DNA of 64,000 nucleotides from Veleropilina oligotropha (Eukaryota): NCBI GenBank assembly GCA_048128005.1, contig JBEUKZ010000111.1, positions 124,001 to 188,000 of the forward strand, read 5' to 3'. Shown piece by piece: positions 1 to 12,477 of this stretch (position 1 is its first letter; each line of letters starts with the position of its first letter). The notes under the pieces were generated by a model. It saw only the letters and a program-made list of their open reading frames with translations, ran no database searches and was not told where the DNA came from. The position numbers and the translations under genes were made by a program.

Positions 1-2241
1 TTTTCTGTAATATTTAATCTCTTCTGCTCCACTATTTCTGTTTCTAACTCAATTAATCTGCAAAATGTATTTTCCCAGTTATAAAATACTATACTCTGAG
101 TTTGTTTACACAAAGGTCAACTGCGCTGATCCCTCGCTGCAAGGAGCCAAAATTTCGTAATCAATCTAGTCGCTGGCAGCTATAGTAATGCATATCTCAA
201 GAATTTATCATGCGACATACATTAAAACAGCCAATGAATAAATTGACACACTTCTACATTTCTCGCAGCATTTGTAGAAACTAATTCACATATCTTTTAT
301 ACCACACTATGACTTGCTCAATAGTGTTTTACATGGCATACAATAAATCCATCACACAATGGAAACAATACATATTTCTGCTATTAATACAGTTTAGCCC
401 TTCAAGTATGGTACTATCTTATCCCTATTCCGGTTCCAACATAAAAGATATAATTCAAAGCATGCAAACACAATATTTATGTACAATACAACCATCTTCT
501 TATCTATGGACTGTAATTTTAATTCCCTTTACTCTCCTGTGTTATCTCAGTGTATGTGGACTCCCATTCCGCTATTTGTAAACATTCAGTCTTGCTGATA
601 TACGTCCAAATTATCGCGGTCAGTCCATTCTCATCATAAATATATTCAACATAATTTTGCTTCGGATTATTTAACTGACATGACTCGACTGGTTTCTCAC
701 CGGCGCTCACTTCCATATTACATTTACTATGTGAAACCTTACTTTCGGCCATTTCTATCACTTTACTTTTATAATCAGGTGTAACTTACAAAATGCAGAC
801 TTATTACATGACACACTCACCCTATGTTATTGTTGATAACAGCTCCATTTCGATACGCCAGCTCTCTGTCTTTTGGTATGCCGGTCTGCAACATCCACCA
901 CGATATTTCCTCTGCGGTTTGTTGATATTCGTAGGGCAGCCCGGTCACGTCGAACCAAATTAACAGCTTGGTTCACCTGGTCACGCTCACCAAATTAACC
1001 ACTGTGACAATGCGGGGTAGATGATGTTACCAGATCGGACTTCAAGAACTGGCGGAAAGCCCGTTGCCGCGTCACAGTGTTAATGGGATAAATAAATAGT
1101 TCTGTAGCAATTGTTTGCCGTATGTTCGGAGCACACATGGGAGGTTAATGGTCTTCATTATACGTGTCGTCTAGGTTCCTCTGCTATCTGCTATTATCTC
1201 TACTCGCCGACTCAGTTCATTCCAACAGTATTTTGGACCGTTGTGTTATCCCTGCTGGAATGCGATGGTACCCGATAACATCCCCGTGACCAGACGCTAT
1301 CAGCTGGAGTCGTTGAGTTATTATCTTGCTACTGCATTACAAGGCATTTGTAGTTTCTGGACAATTCATTTATATAAGTCCTCAACATAACAATAACATA
1401 GTATACAATTTTCTATGCTACACAAAATGAGCCCCGCCCGGGCGTGCTTCCTAGCTTGGAGCTAGGTCGGGACTGCCGCACTTCGACTCGCACAGGCTTT
1501 AAACCAGATCTTCTCAAAAGGGCCACACCCTCTTCTTACCCAATCAGCTAGCGCGCTTTGGGATTACATCATGATTTAGCCAACGTGGCATCTCCAATGT
1601 GGAACTAGTAACGCGTGCAAAATGACTCATAGTAATCATCATCAATCTAACTCAGTTATATAAACATGTCAAACATGTCCACCCATGCCAGCCTTATGAG
1701 ACGTCAATTCTCGTTAACTTCTGCTAATTGTTATTGCTAATATTAACAAGATTACTTTAGATCATCAGGTCACAGACAATCATTCTATGGCATGGGCACT
1801 TAGTGCAATTAATCATCAAGTCGTTTTACACAGTTATAACAATACTAATTTACCATTCTTAAAGTTAACTCGTTAAGTAATTAGACATCATATTGTAACA
1901 ATATGTCTTTCAGTGCGATCAAATTTGTTGCGTTTGCTTTTAAATTAGATTTAAATGACAAATTGCATGGCGGCTACGCTATTTAATTCAAAAGTTACAC
2001 GATTGTATACAATATGATTAATAACGACGAAAAACTAGTGAGTTGGTCCCTAGTGCCAACCAGATACCCATCCAGATCAGCTGAATAGATAGTGTCAAAT
2101 ATATGCTTATTTTCCTTGCCCCTTGTGAAATCGCCGAGCTTCGAGGGGGCGAACGTGAGACTCTGTGATCAGAGTCATGTGAACAACCCGCTGAAACACG
2201 ACGGCAACATATGGCTATACGAAGTTAACATTATTTCCAAC

Positions 2242-2457
<216 letters not shown>

Positions 2458-3682
2458 CTCTAAAATATAATTCTGACCAAAATAAATTAACATCATTCTG
2501 TTCGATTCTACCCTTAGTTACATTTAAACCGTTATTGATTTTTACCAGACTACATTTATATTTGCTTAAATAATGACTTCTGTCACTGAAAAACGCTTGG
2601 CATATATTTACACTTAGTCCACTTCATTAATATCACGTGCATATCGCCGATATCGACGCTCGTCGCCCAAAATATGCATAGATTTGTTATACCTGTCTAT
2701 CATTTTTGCCCGCATTATACCTACTGAATAGTCATTATAAATATACAGATTTGGGGCATCTGTCTGTCATCCTTTGGTGTGATATCTACCAATTGGGCAT
2801 ACCTGTATTTTCAAATATACAGACAGGATGTCTGTCTGTAATTTTTTGCGCGCGTTATTTTTGAATGGTCATTATAGTTAGCCCTTGTATGAATGGTCAG
2901 CTAATACCTGTATAACAGTGTCATATTGCATCGATCATGTTTAATGAACCATATTACAAATAATATTACCCTATTGGCCGATATTTCTTTGAGGACAAGA
3001 ATTCAATGTTTCCTCACATCCTGTCGTAAAATATTTCTTCTTAAAGTAATCACGCTCCATAACGACCAAATTAACACACTACAGGAAATGCTTTGAAATA
3101 ATTTTTTAAAAGCTATTTAGTCTTGATTGATAATGCGAAACCATTTGAAGGATCAAATATTTATTAAAAAGATTACACGACAGCTCGTAATTTAACAGAA
3201 CAGTTATCGTGACTACTAACAGAAAATCATGAATTATTAAGCTTTCATATATGGTAAAATAATTTGTGATAACTAAAGAGATAATTATTCCATAAAATGA
3301 CACCCCCACTATGGTAGGCCTACCCCCCGTTTTTATTCCTATATAAATATTTTGCGCACAGAGAGTACTCACTTGCGCCAAAATAGCACACAAAAATGGA
3401 CACCTCTCAGATGTAAGTAATTTTCATTTAACAGAATGTATATACCGATGATAATTTTTTGCTACTTAATATTATTCAGAATAACACTGTATTAACATAT
3501 TTACTGTAAATGATTTATGTTATACTAATGTTACGATGTTTTATTATACAAGCACTGTTTAGTTTTTAATTATTTAAAGTATTCTCTGATAGTTTTGTAT
3601 CATAATATTTTACTTTTATTATTCAGTATTGATTTAACCCAGTCGTCTGATGACGAATCGGATGATGGATCGGTGGCGGTGA

Positions 3683-3960
<278 letters not shown>

Positions 3961-4769
3961 ATATTTTTTAATGTATAATATTTTTGTTTATGTGCATATA
4001 ATACGTATGTGCTAAAACTATGCATTTTTTTTTTAAATTCAGATGGAACAGACTACCGATTGGTATAAGGACGCATACGATCCTCATTACTGGGTGGACT
4101 CATTGTCCAGAAAACTAATGTAAATATTAATTAACTTTTATTACTGCGATTTATGATATATTGATAATGTGACATTGTGGTATTGCAACATACCAATACT
4201 AATTCTGATGTTTCATTCATATCAAATGAAAGCATCTTTGCATTAGCAAGTTCACAAATATTGGCTTTCACATGTAATTCATGTTATAACACGAATTTGA
4301 TAAAAATAATTATCTCATCAACAATTAATTTGTTTTTTTGTTTGTTTCAGTATATACCAAGACGTTATGGACAGGGTGTTGGAGTTGGTTCGGAACATTG
4401 TAGAAATGCTAGAAAATTTATAAATAAAATGACGATAATAAAAAAACAAATACTAAACCAAAAATCGTCTTGGGGAATATTGCATGGGATTCAATGTTTT
4501 AAATACACGAATCTCTGTAGTTTTCTCCAATACGATGCCTATAATCAACTAGTCGGTGAATGGTTATCTATGGTTCAAGGTAAGAACATTATACATAGCA
4601 AAAATAGATCCACTTACCCTCACACATGAAGGAGCCGCATTACTGTCAATTTTCAATGGATGTTCTTCTGATGCTGGAATGTTTGATTGCTGCATATTCA
4701 CTCTGATCATAATACTAGGCTTTTATACATAGCATTTTGTAACAACAGGCACACTGGAATCATTGTTCA

Positions 4770-5150
4770 AATTTAAAAAAATATAGGATACGCCCACTGA
4801 AAATTTATGATGGAAAGTCTACCAATTTTATGCTCAACATTATAATCGAAATTTCAAAAATATATAGGACACACCCACTGGAAAATTATGATAGAAATTA
4901 TATTGATACAAGAATAAAGTATAATAGAAATTCCATTAACAAAAGACACACCCACTGGAAATTTATAACAGAAAAGTGATTGACAGGTATAGGACACAAC
5001 CCCTGAAAATTTATGATATAAATTATATTGACAAGAATAAAGTATAATAGAAATCACATTAACAAAAGACACACCCCCTGGAAATTTATAACAGAAAAGT
5101 GATTGACAGATATATAGGACACACCCCCTGAAAACTTATGATAGAATATC
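4770..5150. repeat. Degenerate tandem repeat (GACACACCCCTG(G)AAATTTAT core)
   Basis: Core recurs about six times; the block at ~4870-4990 is duplicated at ~4990-5115. Confidence 0.7.
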
Positions 5151-6110
5151 CTTTAGGCACCCCATTATTCATCACATGTGTAGCTCTATTTCACCGTGAT
5201 CACATGGGCACAGTATTGAACAATTTAATTCAGTCGAAAAACAGACGGTATTGCGTTCGATGAGAAAAATTATATAGTGGTTGTGGAATTTCAGTATCGA
5301 TACCAGAACTTGAAATCTCATTTTAACTTGAAGCAGCAGGAGTATGAAAGCGATACGCGTGATTTTAAATGTGTGCAACAAGTGCGATGGAAATTTGCGA
5401 AGTCAGCGTTATCGGATTTTAACAAAGATGTCATTTCATCTGGATTTAAAACAATCTGGATTTACTTCACGGCATGGCATTTCACCCTCTGTTTGCAAGT
5501 GATTTCGACAAAACAACGGATATATACAAAATGTGCGTTATCGTAATACAACGTGTAACGGAGATGTCATTTCAATTGTAACTAATCATTCTGGATTTAT
5601 CACACGACGTCTGATTTCATGATCTTTTGTTCGCGGAATAATGGAGAGCTATAGAAAATAGCGGCATTCCCGAAAAATAGAGGAGCGTTTAGACAAAGAA
5701 AACACTGGCGGCTGTGTTTTAAAAATATAATGCGCATGGTGAAACAAACAACCTCGTGCAACTCGCCTCAACGCAATAAAGCTCTGCGTTAATGTTTAAA
5801 GTCTTATTCAGTGTCATTTCGTTTCAGGACACCCCATTGGCAACAATGCATTCCGATATATCAGATTATCATGCGTTTGTGAAACAAAATAGTTTAAAAC
5901 ATAATATAGTTATCATACATCGGTCGATACCGATACGGTGCTGGATTATGATACAAAGCGAATTTGGCATTAATGTACATAAAGGAGAATATGGTGACTT
6001 TACGTCGGCCGTTACAGAGGATAAGTCATATGAAATTAAAGAGGACCGTGTTTTTAGATTTTTGAAACCGAAGCAAGCAGATGTAATCGATATGATCAAG
6101 AGGAAGTTAT

Positions 6111-6320
6111 GTGGCAAAAGGGATCTTAGGCGATGACCGTCCCCAAACGCTTGTGGATTCCTTAATATGTTCATTAGGGTTACACTTTGCCTTAAGGTCT
6201 GGTAAAGAACAAAGAGACATTCGATTTGGATCTGAAAAAGAACCAAGTCAGTTATTGATACACACAGATCCCATAAACAAGCGCGGGTATATCGAATATA
6301 AAGAGAATATTTGGAAGGAT
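6111..6320 (+). pseudogene. Crypton/ZMYM-type (DUF3504-like) tyrosine recombinase fragment
   Basis: KGILGDDRPQTLVDSLICSLGLHFALRSGKEQRDI resembles the LG...PQ.L.....G.HFALR.G.EHR.L segment of Crypton-derived YR domains; fragment only. Confidence 0.65.
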
Positions 6321-7290
6321 CTTTCATTTATACGACCCCAAATTGTGAATTTTTCAAATTATGGATTGGAATAATAATACCAAATTTGTATTCATACATA
6401 ACAATATAAGTATGCTACCTTACTGTTTGTTACAGGAAAAAAAGATCCATATATGTTATTTTCAAGTAGAAAGCTATTTTACTTGACGAGCAGAAACCAC
6501 GCAACTGTGCTCCAAATAGGTCAATTGGAAATGAACATGCAACAATTATTAGATTATTGATCTAACTAGGGACACCTTTACCTGTGAACGTTCACCTGTC
6601 AAATGATATCAGAGACCTGTTTATTCAAAACGAGGTAATTACAGTCCCGCACATTGTGCTACAATAAATAAATATGTGGACCATCACGGAATTAGCAGTT
6701 CCCGTGCAGCCTAATCTCTATAAAACTATGTCAAACCTATTTTGCGGCAGTGGACATTTAATATCTCTTCCGATCGGACAAGATTTTGAGCGTGTGAATT
6801 TATTTTGTAAATGTATTTTCTACTTTATATTTATTATCGTGAGGTCACAGTATATAATATTGTATAATTTGATTTTGTATAAAAGATATATTTTTTGACC
6901 AATTTGTTAGAAGGTCAAATATTTTAATACTAATAATAGATCGTTTTGCATTGGTTTTTTCGCCGTCAAAGGATACATCTCATTCATTTGGGTATAATTT
7001 AACATTTTGTATCATCAAAAACGCGGATTGCGTATTAGTGCGAAAATTTTCGTAATTTAATTTTAAGCCACTTCTATAATCTATATCATATTTCATTGAT
7101 TTAAGTTGCATAGCAAGTCATAGAATAAACTCTGTTTCTAATAGGTACCTCGATTGGTCCCTTATATTAACACCTTCGGCCAACATTTGTACGCATGTTC
7201 CACTCACTGCTCTCTATCTGACCAGACAATCCTTTTATAGCACATATTATATGTGAATTGGCCTCGTTTATAAATATTTCATTTATATAT

Positions 7291-7393
7291 GGAAGACTGA
7301 GCTTCAGTTTAACGTCTCCGTTCGAAGGACAAGTAACTGCTGTCCCGCTTTCGTATTTTGACGCTCTACCAGTTGAGCTCCAGAGGACTATCT
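7291..7393 (-). mobile_element. Truncated tRNA-derived SINE fragment
   Basis: Minus strand reads an A-box-like AGCTCAACTGGTAGAGCG followed by a GTCCTTCGAACGGAGACGTTAAAC SINE-like tail. Confidence 0.4.
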
Positions 7394-7577
7394 AGACCGA
7401 TAATAAAATAATTATTCACTTAATTTATTGCTGAACATATATCATCAATTAAATATTTCAGCAGCTTGAACATCATTTCATTAGTTACAGCGCTTTAACG
7501 ATCGGTGGTGGCTAATTAGTGTATCCGTTTATTTTCATTTTCCATTCATTGCCTGAAGCTACTCGTTTCACTTTTCA

Positions 7578-10347
7578 ATGGAAAATATAGAGTGCATTTA
7601 TCGCTTTGCCAACATATCTGATCCAATAAACATCAACAACATAAACAAACTATCACCCAAATATATCACAAACGATTTTATCATCAACCTATCAAACCGA
7701 TTTACATGTCTTTCCACACTTATACAGATAATTGAAAAACTTATAGATCCTGGTAAAGTAAACAAAAATGCACTGAAATTGAAATTACGAAAGGTCAGCA
7801 GTACACTTGCAGGACTGCGCAAATATCACAGACAATCACTCACACACTATGAAAGGTACACACAGTACATGACCGAGCCCTTCACGTTTACAGGACAACA
7901 AACACCACCCGACCACGACCCTTTAGCGTTCCATACATACTGCAGGCATGCGACCATATCAGGCACAACGCAAGAAAAACAAACTGGCACAGACAAATAC
8001 ACACAGAACTTACGCATGCAATTAGGACAGACACGCAAACGGGCACGCAAACACGTCATGGACAAGAGAGCACTACACGCACAAATCACCAAACTACACA
8101 AGCGGCACGCCAGAACACGCAAACGCATACAATCACTTCGCACATCATCCACATCTCTTTCCGCAGAAAACAAGAAACTCACACTAAAACTTTCCAAACT
8201 CCAGGATATCATCTCGAATACAGTGCCAGAATCAGCCACCACCGATCCTAGACCTATCAGTCTTTACGATACGTCCAGTCACAGGTACACTTCAGAGACC
8301 GTAGAATGCGTAATGGCTCTGAAGGATATGAACGTATCGGATCAGAACGTGGCCCCTGTCATTTCATCCTGCCTTCGCCTTGCTAACCTTACGGCCGACC
8401 GTCTTCCCCAACGAAACTGCGTTGGGATGATTGGTCGAGACCGGTTGGCTATTTCCAACATGCAAGTGGCGGAGGCATTGTCGACCTGTGTTGATACAAC
8501 ATTATACACCGACGAAACAACCAAACACGGGTCGAAGTATGGGGCATACGGCATTAGCAGCCAGTCGCAGAGTTATATTCTTGGTGTGAGAACAATGGCG
8601 GACAAATCAGCAGTAACTACATTATCAACATTTTTAGAAATATTGGACGATATGGATCTTGCCTCGAAGAGTGCACCCTCAAAGTCTATTGTGCATATGT
8701 TGAGGAACACCATGTCGGACCGTGCTAGCACAGAGAAATTATTTAATTCGCTTTTGCAAACGTATCGCGAAGGCATTATATCTGATCTGATTCCGAACTG
8801 GCTGGAATTACCGATCGATGAGCGGCGCTTGCATGCGAATATGAATAATTTCTTTTGTGGATTGCATTGCCTTGTGGGACTTGCTGATGCCGCGTCACTA
8901 GTACTCAGGGAGTTCGAGACGGCACACTTTGGGGAGGAAGCGGTAGGTGCTGCCAGGACCGTTGGTTACGTTCAACCTGGGGAAAGTGGCGCGGTAAGGC
9001 TTGTTAGAACGGCATGCAAAGCTTTTTGTAAAGGGGCCGACGAGAAATCGGGATGTTTCATACAGTTTGCTTTATTTTTAAAGTCTCGAAATATCCTGAA
9101 ATCTCCGTTAGCACCTTTTCATGGCAATCGGTTCAACATTCTGTTTCACAACGGTGGTGCAATATATCACCTTCTCTCACACATACAAGCTTTTTTTTAT
9201 GCCTACGGTTGCGACAACAAACTGCTGCAGAGTGTCATGTCTGATGCCCACGTGCCCGAGTATGCAGTTGAATGCCAAGCGCTTGGTATTGTAGATAAGC
9301 TTGTGACTGGTCCATTGTGGAGTGTAATGGAGGGAGGAATTAATGCTCTTGAAATGAAGTCCTGTATTCGCGGTTAGCAGAATTCTTCCTTTCTGCCAAC
9401 ATCGAGGACTTCATTGCAATGGACACCTCGCCGTTATGCCGCATGGTCCAGGTGAAGGAGGACGATATGTTGAGTTCTTTGAGGCAAGAAACAAATAACA
9501 ATACCTTGTTTCACATTTTAGAAGTAATGTTCAAAGCATTTAACAAATATTTCACTAAAATCATTTCTGAGTATGATAACGTCTCCTCAACTAACGAACA
9601 ATCTGCTTCAGCATTCTGTCATAATAAACTTCCAGAAACTGTCTTTTCCCACTTAGATCGTTTAATCCGGGCACACCCATCCGCCACTGTTCTCACCACT
9701 GAAGCGGCTATTACTTTCAAAATGAATGCCACAGGCGATTGGCTGCAATCTCAGGATTGTTCGTTTAAGGATTCTGTTTTCATTGCTGCTAGAGCCTTTA
9801 CATCTGAACAGACGGTCCGTTTCAAACAACGGCAACAGGAAATATCACGTCTTCGTCTGGCAGCAATGGAGCTGAAACAATTAAAAATCATACGACGAAC
9901 GGCCGAGGCAATCCGAAAGAAAGAGAGCATGACTGTGGACATTATTGGTTATGGCCTTTGGCAGACTACTGCAGACGCAGAGCGGTGCCTCGCTGGGCTG
10001 GCGACTGAGAAGCAGCGTGTAGATGCTCTCAAGGCGCAGCTCAGATTCCGTAGGCACATGCTTGGTCAGGTGGCAGCTGACAAGTCTATATTTCAGTTTT
10101 CTGTCAAAGGCAAAAACCATACATCTCATCAGTTATTTCAAAACGTGAAGACCCTCATCGGCTCATCATTATCAACTCCATCTGATATCGAAAGTGTGTA
10201 CGTTAAGTATGGGATGCCTGTCCTTTCAGGTAAACTTATTAATCACACATTTTCAACCGATGAGGGGCTTCAGTCTTACCCAAGAAGAGTAATTTCTCAT
10301 GTCCCAGGATTTCCAGAGTGGCACAACGTGGTCTACACATACCGCCT
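7578..10347 (+). pseudogene. DDE transposase with CxxH motif (hAT/P/Kolobok/Dada-type fold; superfamily not assigned), frameshifted near 9360 and interrupted by the Polinton-like insertion
   Basis: ORFs 7578-9377 and 9419-10347. Candidate catalytic motifs TLYTDETTK, TMSDRASTEK, FFCGLH and HNKLPETVF. N-terminal coiled coil. The frame resumes after the insertion at 26559. Confidence 0.8.
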
Positions 10348-10486
10348 AGCAGCAGGGGGGTCAGTAGACTTTTTAGAATGGGAAAATAAGGCTCCCAGCG
10401 CCTTTTCAGAATTAATATGGATCTCAACTCAGCAGCAGGGGGGGTGACCATACCTTTTAGAATGGAAAAATACGGCTCCCAGCACC
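10348..10486 (+). repeat. Left terminal inverted repeat (two tandem subunits, 83-bp period, each starting AGCAGCAGGGGGG)
   Basis: Reverse complement of 26414-26553 with about one substitution and one G-run length difference. Confidence 0.95.
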
Positions 10487-11288
10487 TGTTCCGAGCCTAG
10501 GGTAGCTTTGAGTAGGGATGAATGCACCTTTTCCGACCCAACGTAGACTATATAGAGCCCCCAGGGATGGCCCACTACCCGAGCCGGCCCGGGGGTTAAA
10601 TTATAACACTTACCTTATGCTCGCCGGCCCATACTCCTGTAACGTTATACTATATAAAACTCAGGCCTACAGAAAGCTGAGTAGTGCATTGATCATTGAA
10701 AGGAGCCGTAATGCACGCGGTGCGGAATCTATTCATGTCGCGGGTTATGAATGGACTCCGCAAACAATAGCGCGTGGTGATAAATGCAGTGGGCAATGAA
10801 TCGCATACCATAAACTCCATGAATACGGGACCAAACAAAAGCAGACGGGCGAGCGGCTTATGAATAGACGGCATGGATAGACTCGCACAATAGCGTGCGT
10901 CAAGCAGATTCCTCGATTGAATGACATTGCCAGTGAATGGGTAAAATTATTTATGGCAACCTTATAACCGGCAGAGTTTAAGGATTTGGGATTTAATCAG
11001 CTTTACAATATGTCTAGAGTGTCGTAGGTTTCATTTTAATCAACGTAGTCTATGTTAAAAGTAGTCGTGATTTAATATTCACAACATAACTGACGAGACA
11101 CCATCTCTCTTGCCTGGCATGGGAACCAGACTATATAAGAAATGTCTCGCATTACTATTTATGAGGCCCACGACGCAGATGCCACACACTCTCCTCAGCA
11201 TGCTTTCGAGTTCTTCGAATTCTGAGGAGGCTGGCCACGTGGCAGAAAATGCGTCGTGGAGGGTCGTGAAGATGGTGGCGCCACCATA

Positions 11289-11552
11289 GGCCAAGAGAAG
11301 GTCGTGAAGACAACCCAGGCTACGGCTGAAATACAAGGGGGCTTCAAGAGGGTGGCCGAGAGAGCCCCGGGGCCAAGAGAGGGTCGTGAAGACATCCCAG
11401 GCTACGGCTGAAATACAAGGGGGCTTCAAGAGGGTGGCCGAGAGAGCCCCCGGGCCAAGAGAGAGTCGTGAGGACACCCCAGGCTACGGCTGAAATACAA
11501 GGGGTCGTTAAGAGGGTGGTCGAGAGAGGCCCCGGGGCCAAGAGAGGGTCGT
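11289..11552. repeat. 82-83-bp tandem repeat, about 3.2 copies
   Basis: GGCCAAGAGA starts at 11289, 11371, 11453 and 11536. Confidence 0.9.
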
Positions 11553-11988
11553 GAGGGGGGTGGCCCGGGGGTGGGTGGCCCGGGGGCGGCCCGGGGGTGG
11601 GTGGCCCGGGGGTGTCCGAGGGTGGCCCGGGGGTGGGGGCGGCCCGGGGGTGGGTGGCCCGGTGGTGGCCGAGGGTGGCCCGGGGGTGGGTGGCCCGGGG
11701 GTGGCCGAGGGCGGCCCGGGGGTGGGTGGCCCGGGGGGGTGGCCGAGGGTGGCCCGGGGGTGGGGGCGGCCCGGGGGGGGGTGGGTGCCCCGGGGGTGGG
11801 TGGCCCGGGGGGCGGCCCGGAGGTGGGTGGCCCGGGGGTGGCCGAGGGTGGCCCGGGGGTGGCCGAGGGTGGCCCGGGGGTGGGTGGCCGAGGGTGGCCC
11901 GGGGGCGGCCCGGGGGTGGCCGAGGGTGGCCCGGGGGTGGCCCGAGGGTGGGTGGCCCGGGGGTGGGTGGCCGTGGGTGGCCCGGGGT
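11553..11988 (+). repeat. Extremely G-rich low-complexity array (GGTGGCCCGGGGGTG / GGTGGCCGAG units)
   Basis: Direct reading; dense G-runs on the + strand. Confidence 0.95.
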
Positions 11989-12408
11989 TTATATAAATAT
12001 ATAGTTACCGCTGGCCAGTGTGCAATTGCATGGCGAAAGGTGCCCTATCTGATTCCACGAACCCCTGCAGTCGGTAGACAGCATCGAAAAGTACTGCCCA
12101 TGCTTCCCACGACATAAGGACGGCTCGGCGCATTCGATGCATACAACAGTATTGGGATCTGGGCCACAGTAATTCTCTCCGATAATAAAGTAGTGGCACG
12201 AGGGTGGGGAGACATCAGGGGTGGGGTCTCCCGGGCGAAGAAGCAAGTTTCTACGCAAGGGGTCAAATCGGGCGTTATACCTGGGATGATTTCGGTACCT
12301 AGCCCACGTATGTTCGAGAATTAATGCAGTGTCGTGTCTCGACGCCTGGGTAGAAACACCCCCTAGCCAGCACACCGCGGCAATGCACAGAATTAGTATG
12401 GATTTCAT
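11989..12408 (-). CDS. Putative secreted cysteine-rich protein (139 aa), viral cargo
   Basis: Signal-peptide-like MKSILILCIAAVCWLGGVSTQA; several C-terminal Cys; ACAACC-ATG start context. Confidence 0.7.
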   Translation of the reverse strand: MKSILILCIAAVCWLGGVSTQASRHDTALILEHTWARYRNHPRYNARFDPLRRNLLLRPGDPTPDVSPPSCHYFIIGENYCGPDPNTVVCIECAEPSLCRGKHGQYFSMLSTDCRGSWNQIGHLSPCNCTLASGNYIFI

Positions 12409-12477
12409 GGTTGTCCAGATATCACTGTCGATTTCTAGCTTTAATACGGGGGAGGAGGGGGGTAGTCGTGGCTACGC

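Noticed and set aside
780..1900. Solo LTR (TGTAAC...TGTAACA)
   Set aside because: TG...CA ends are possible, but no matching TSD, PBS or internal domains could be found.
10348..10447. C-terminus AAGGSVDFLEW... of the 342-aa ORF as part of the transposase
   Set aside because: It is read-through into the viral TIR; the real C-terminus is at 26559-26604.
11551..12117. Gly/Pro/Trp-rich ORFs in all three + frames
   Set aside because: Produced by a stop-free G-rich repeat; no ATG start and no family motifs.
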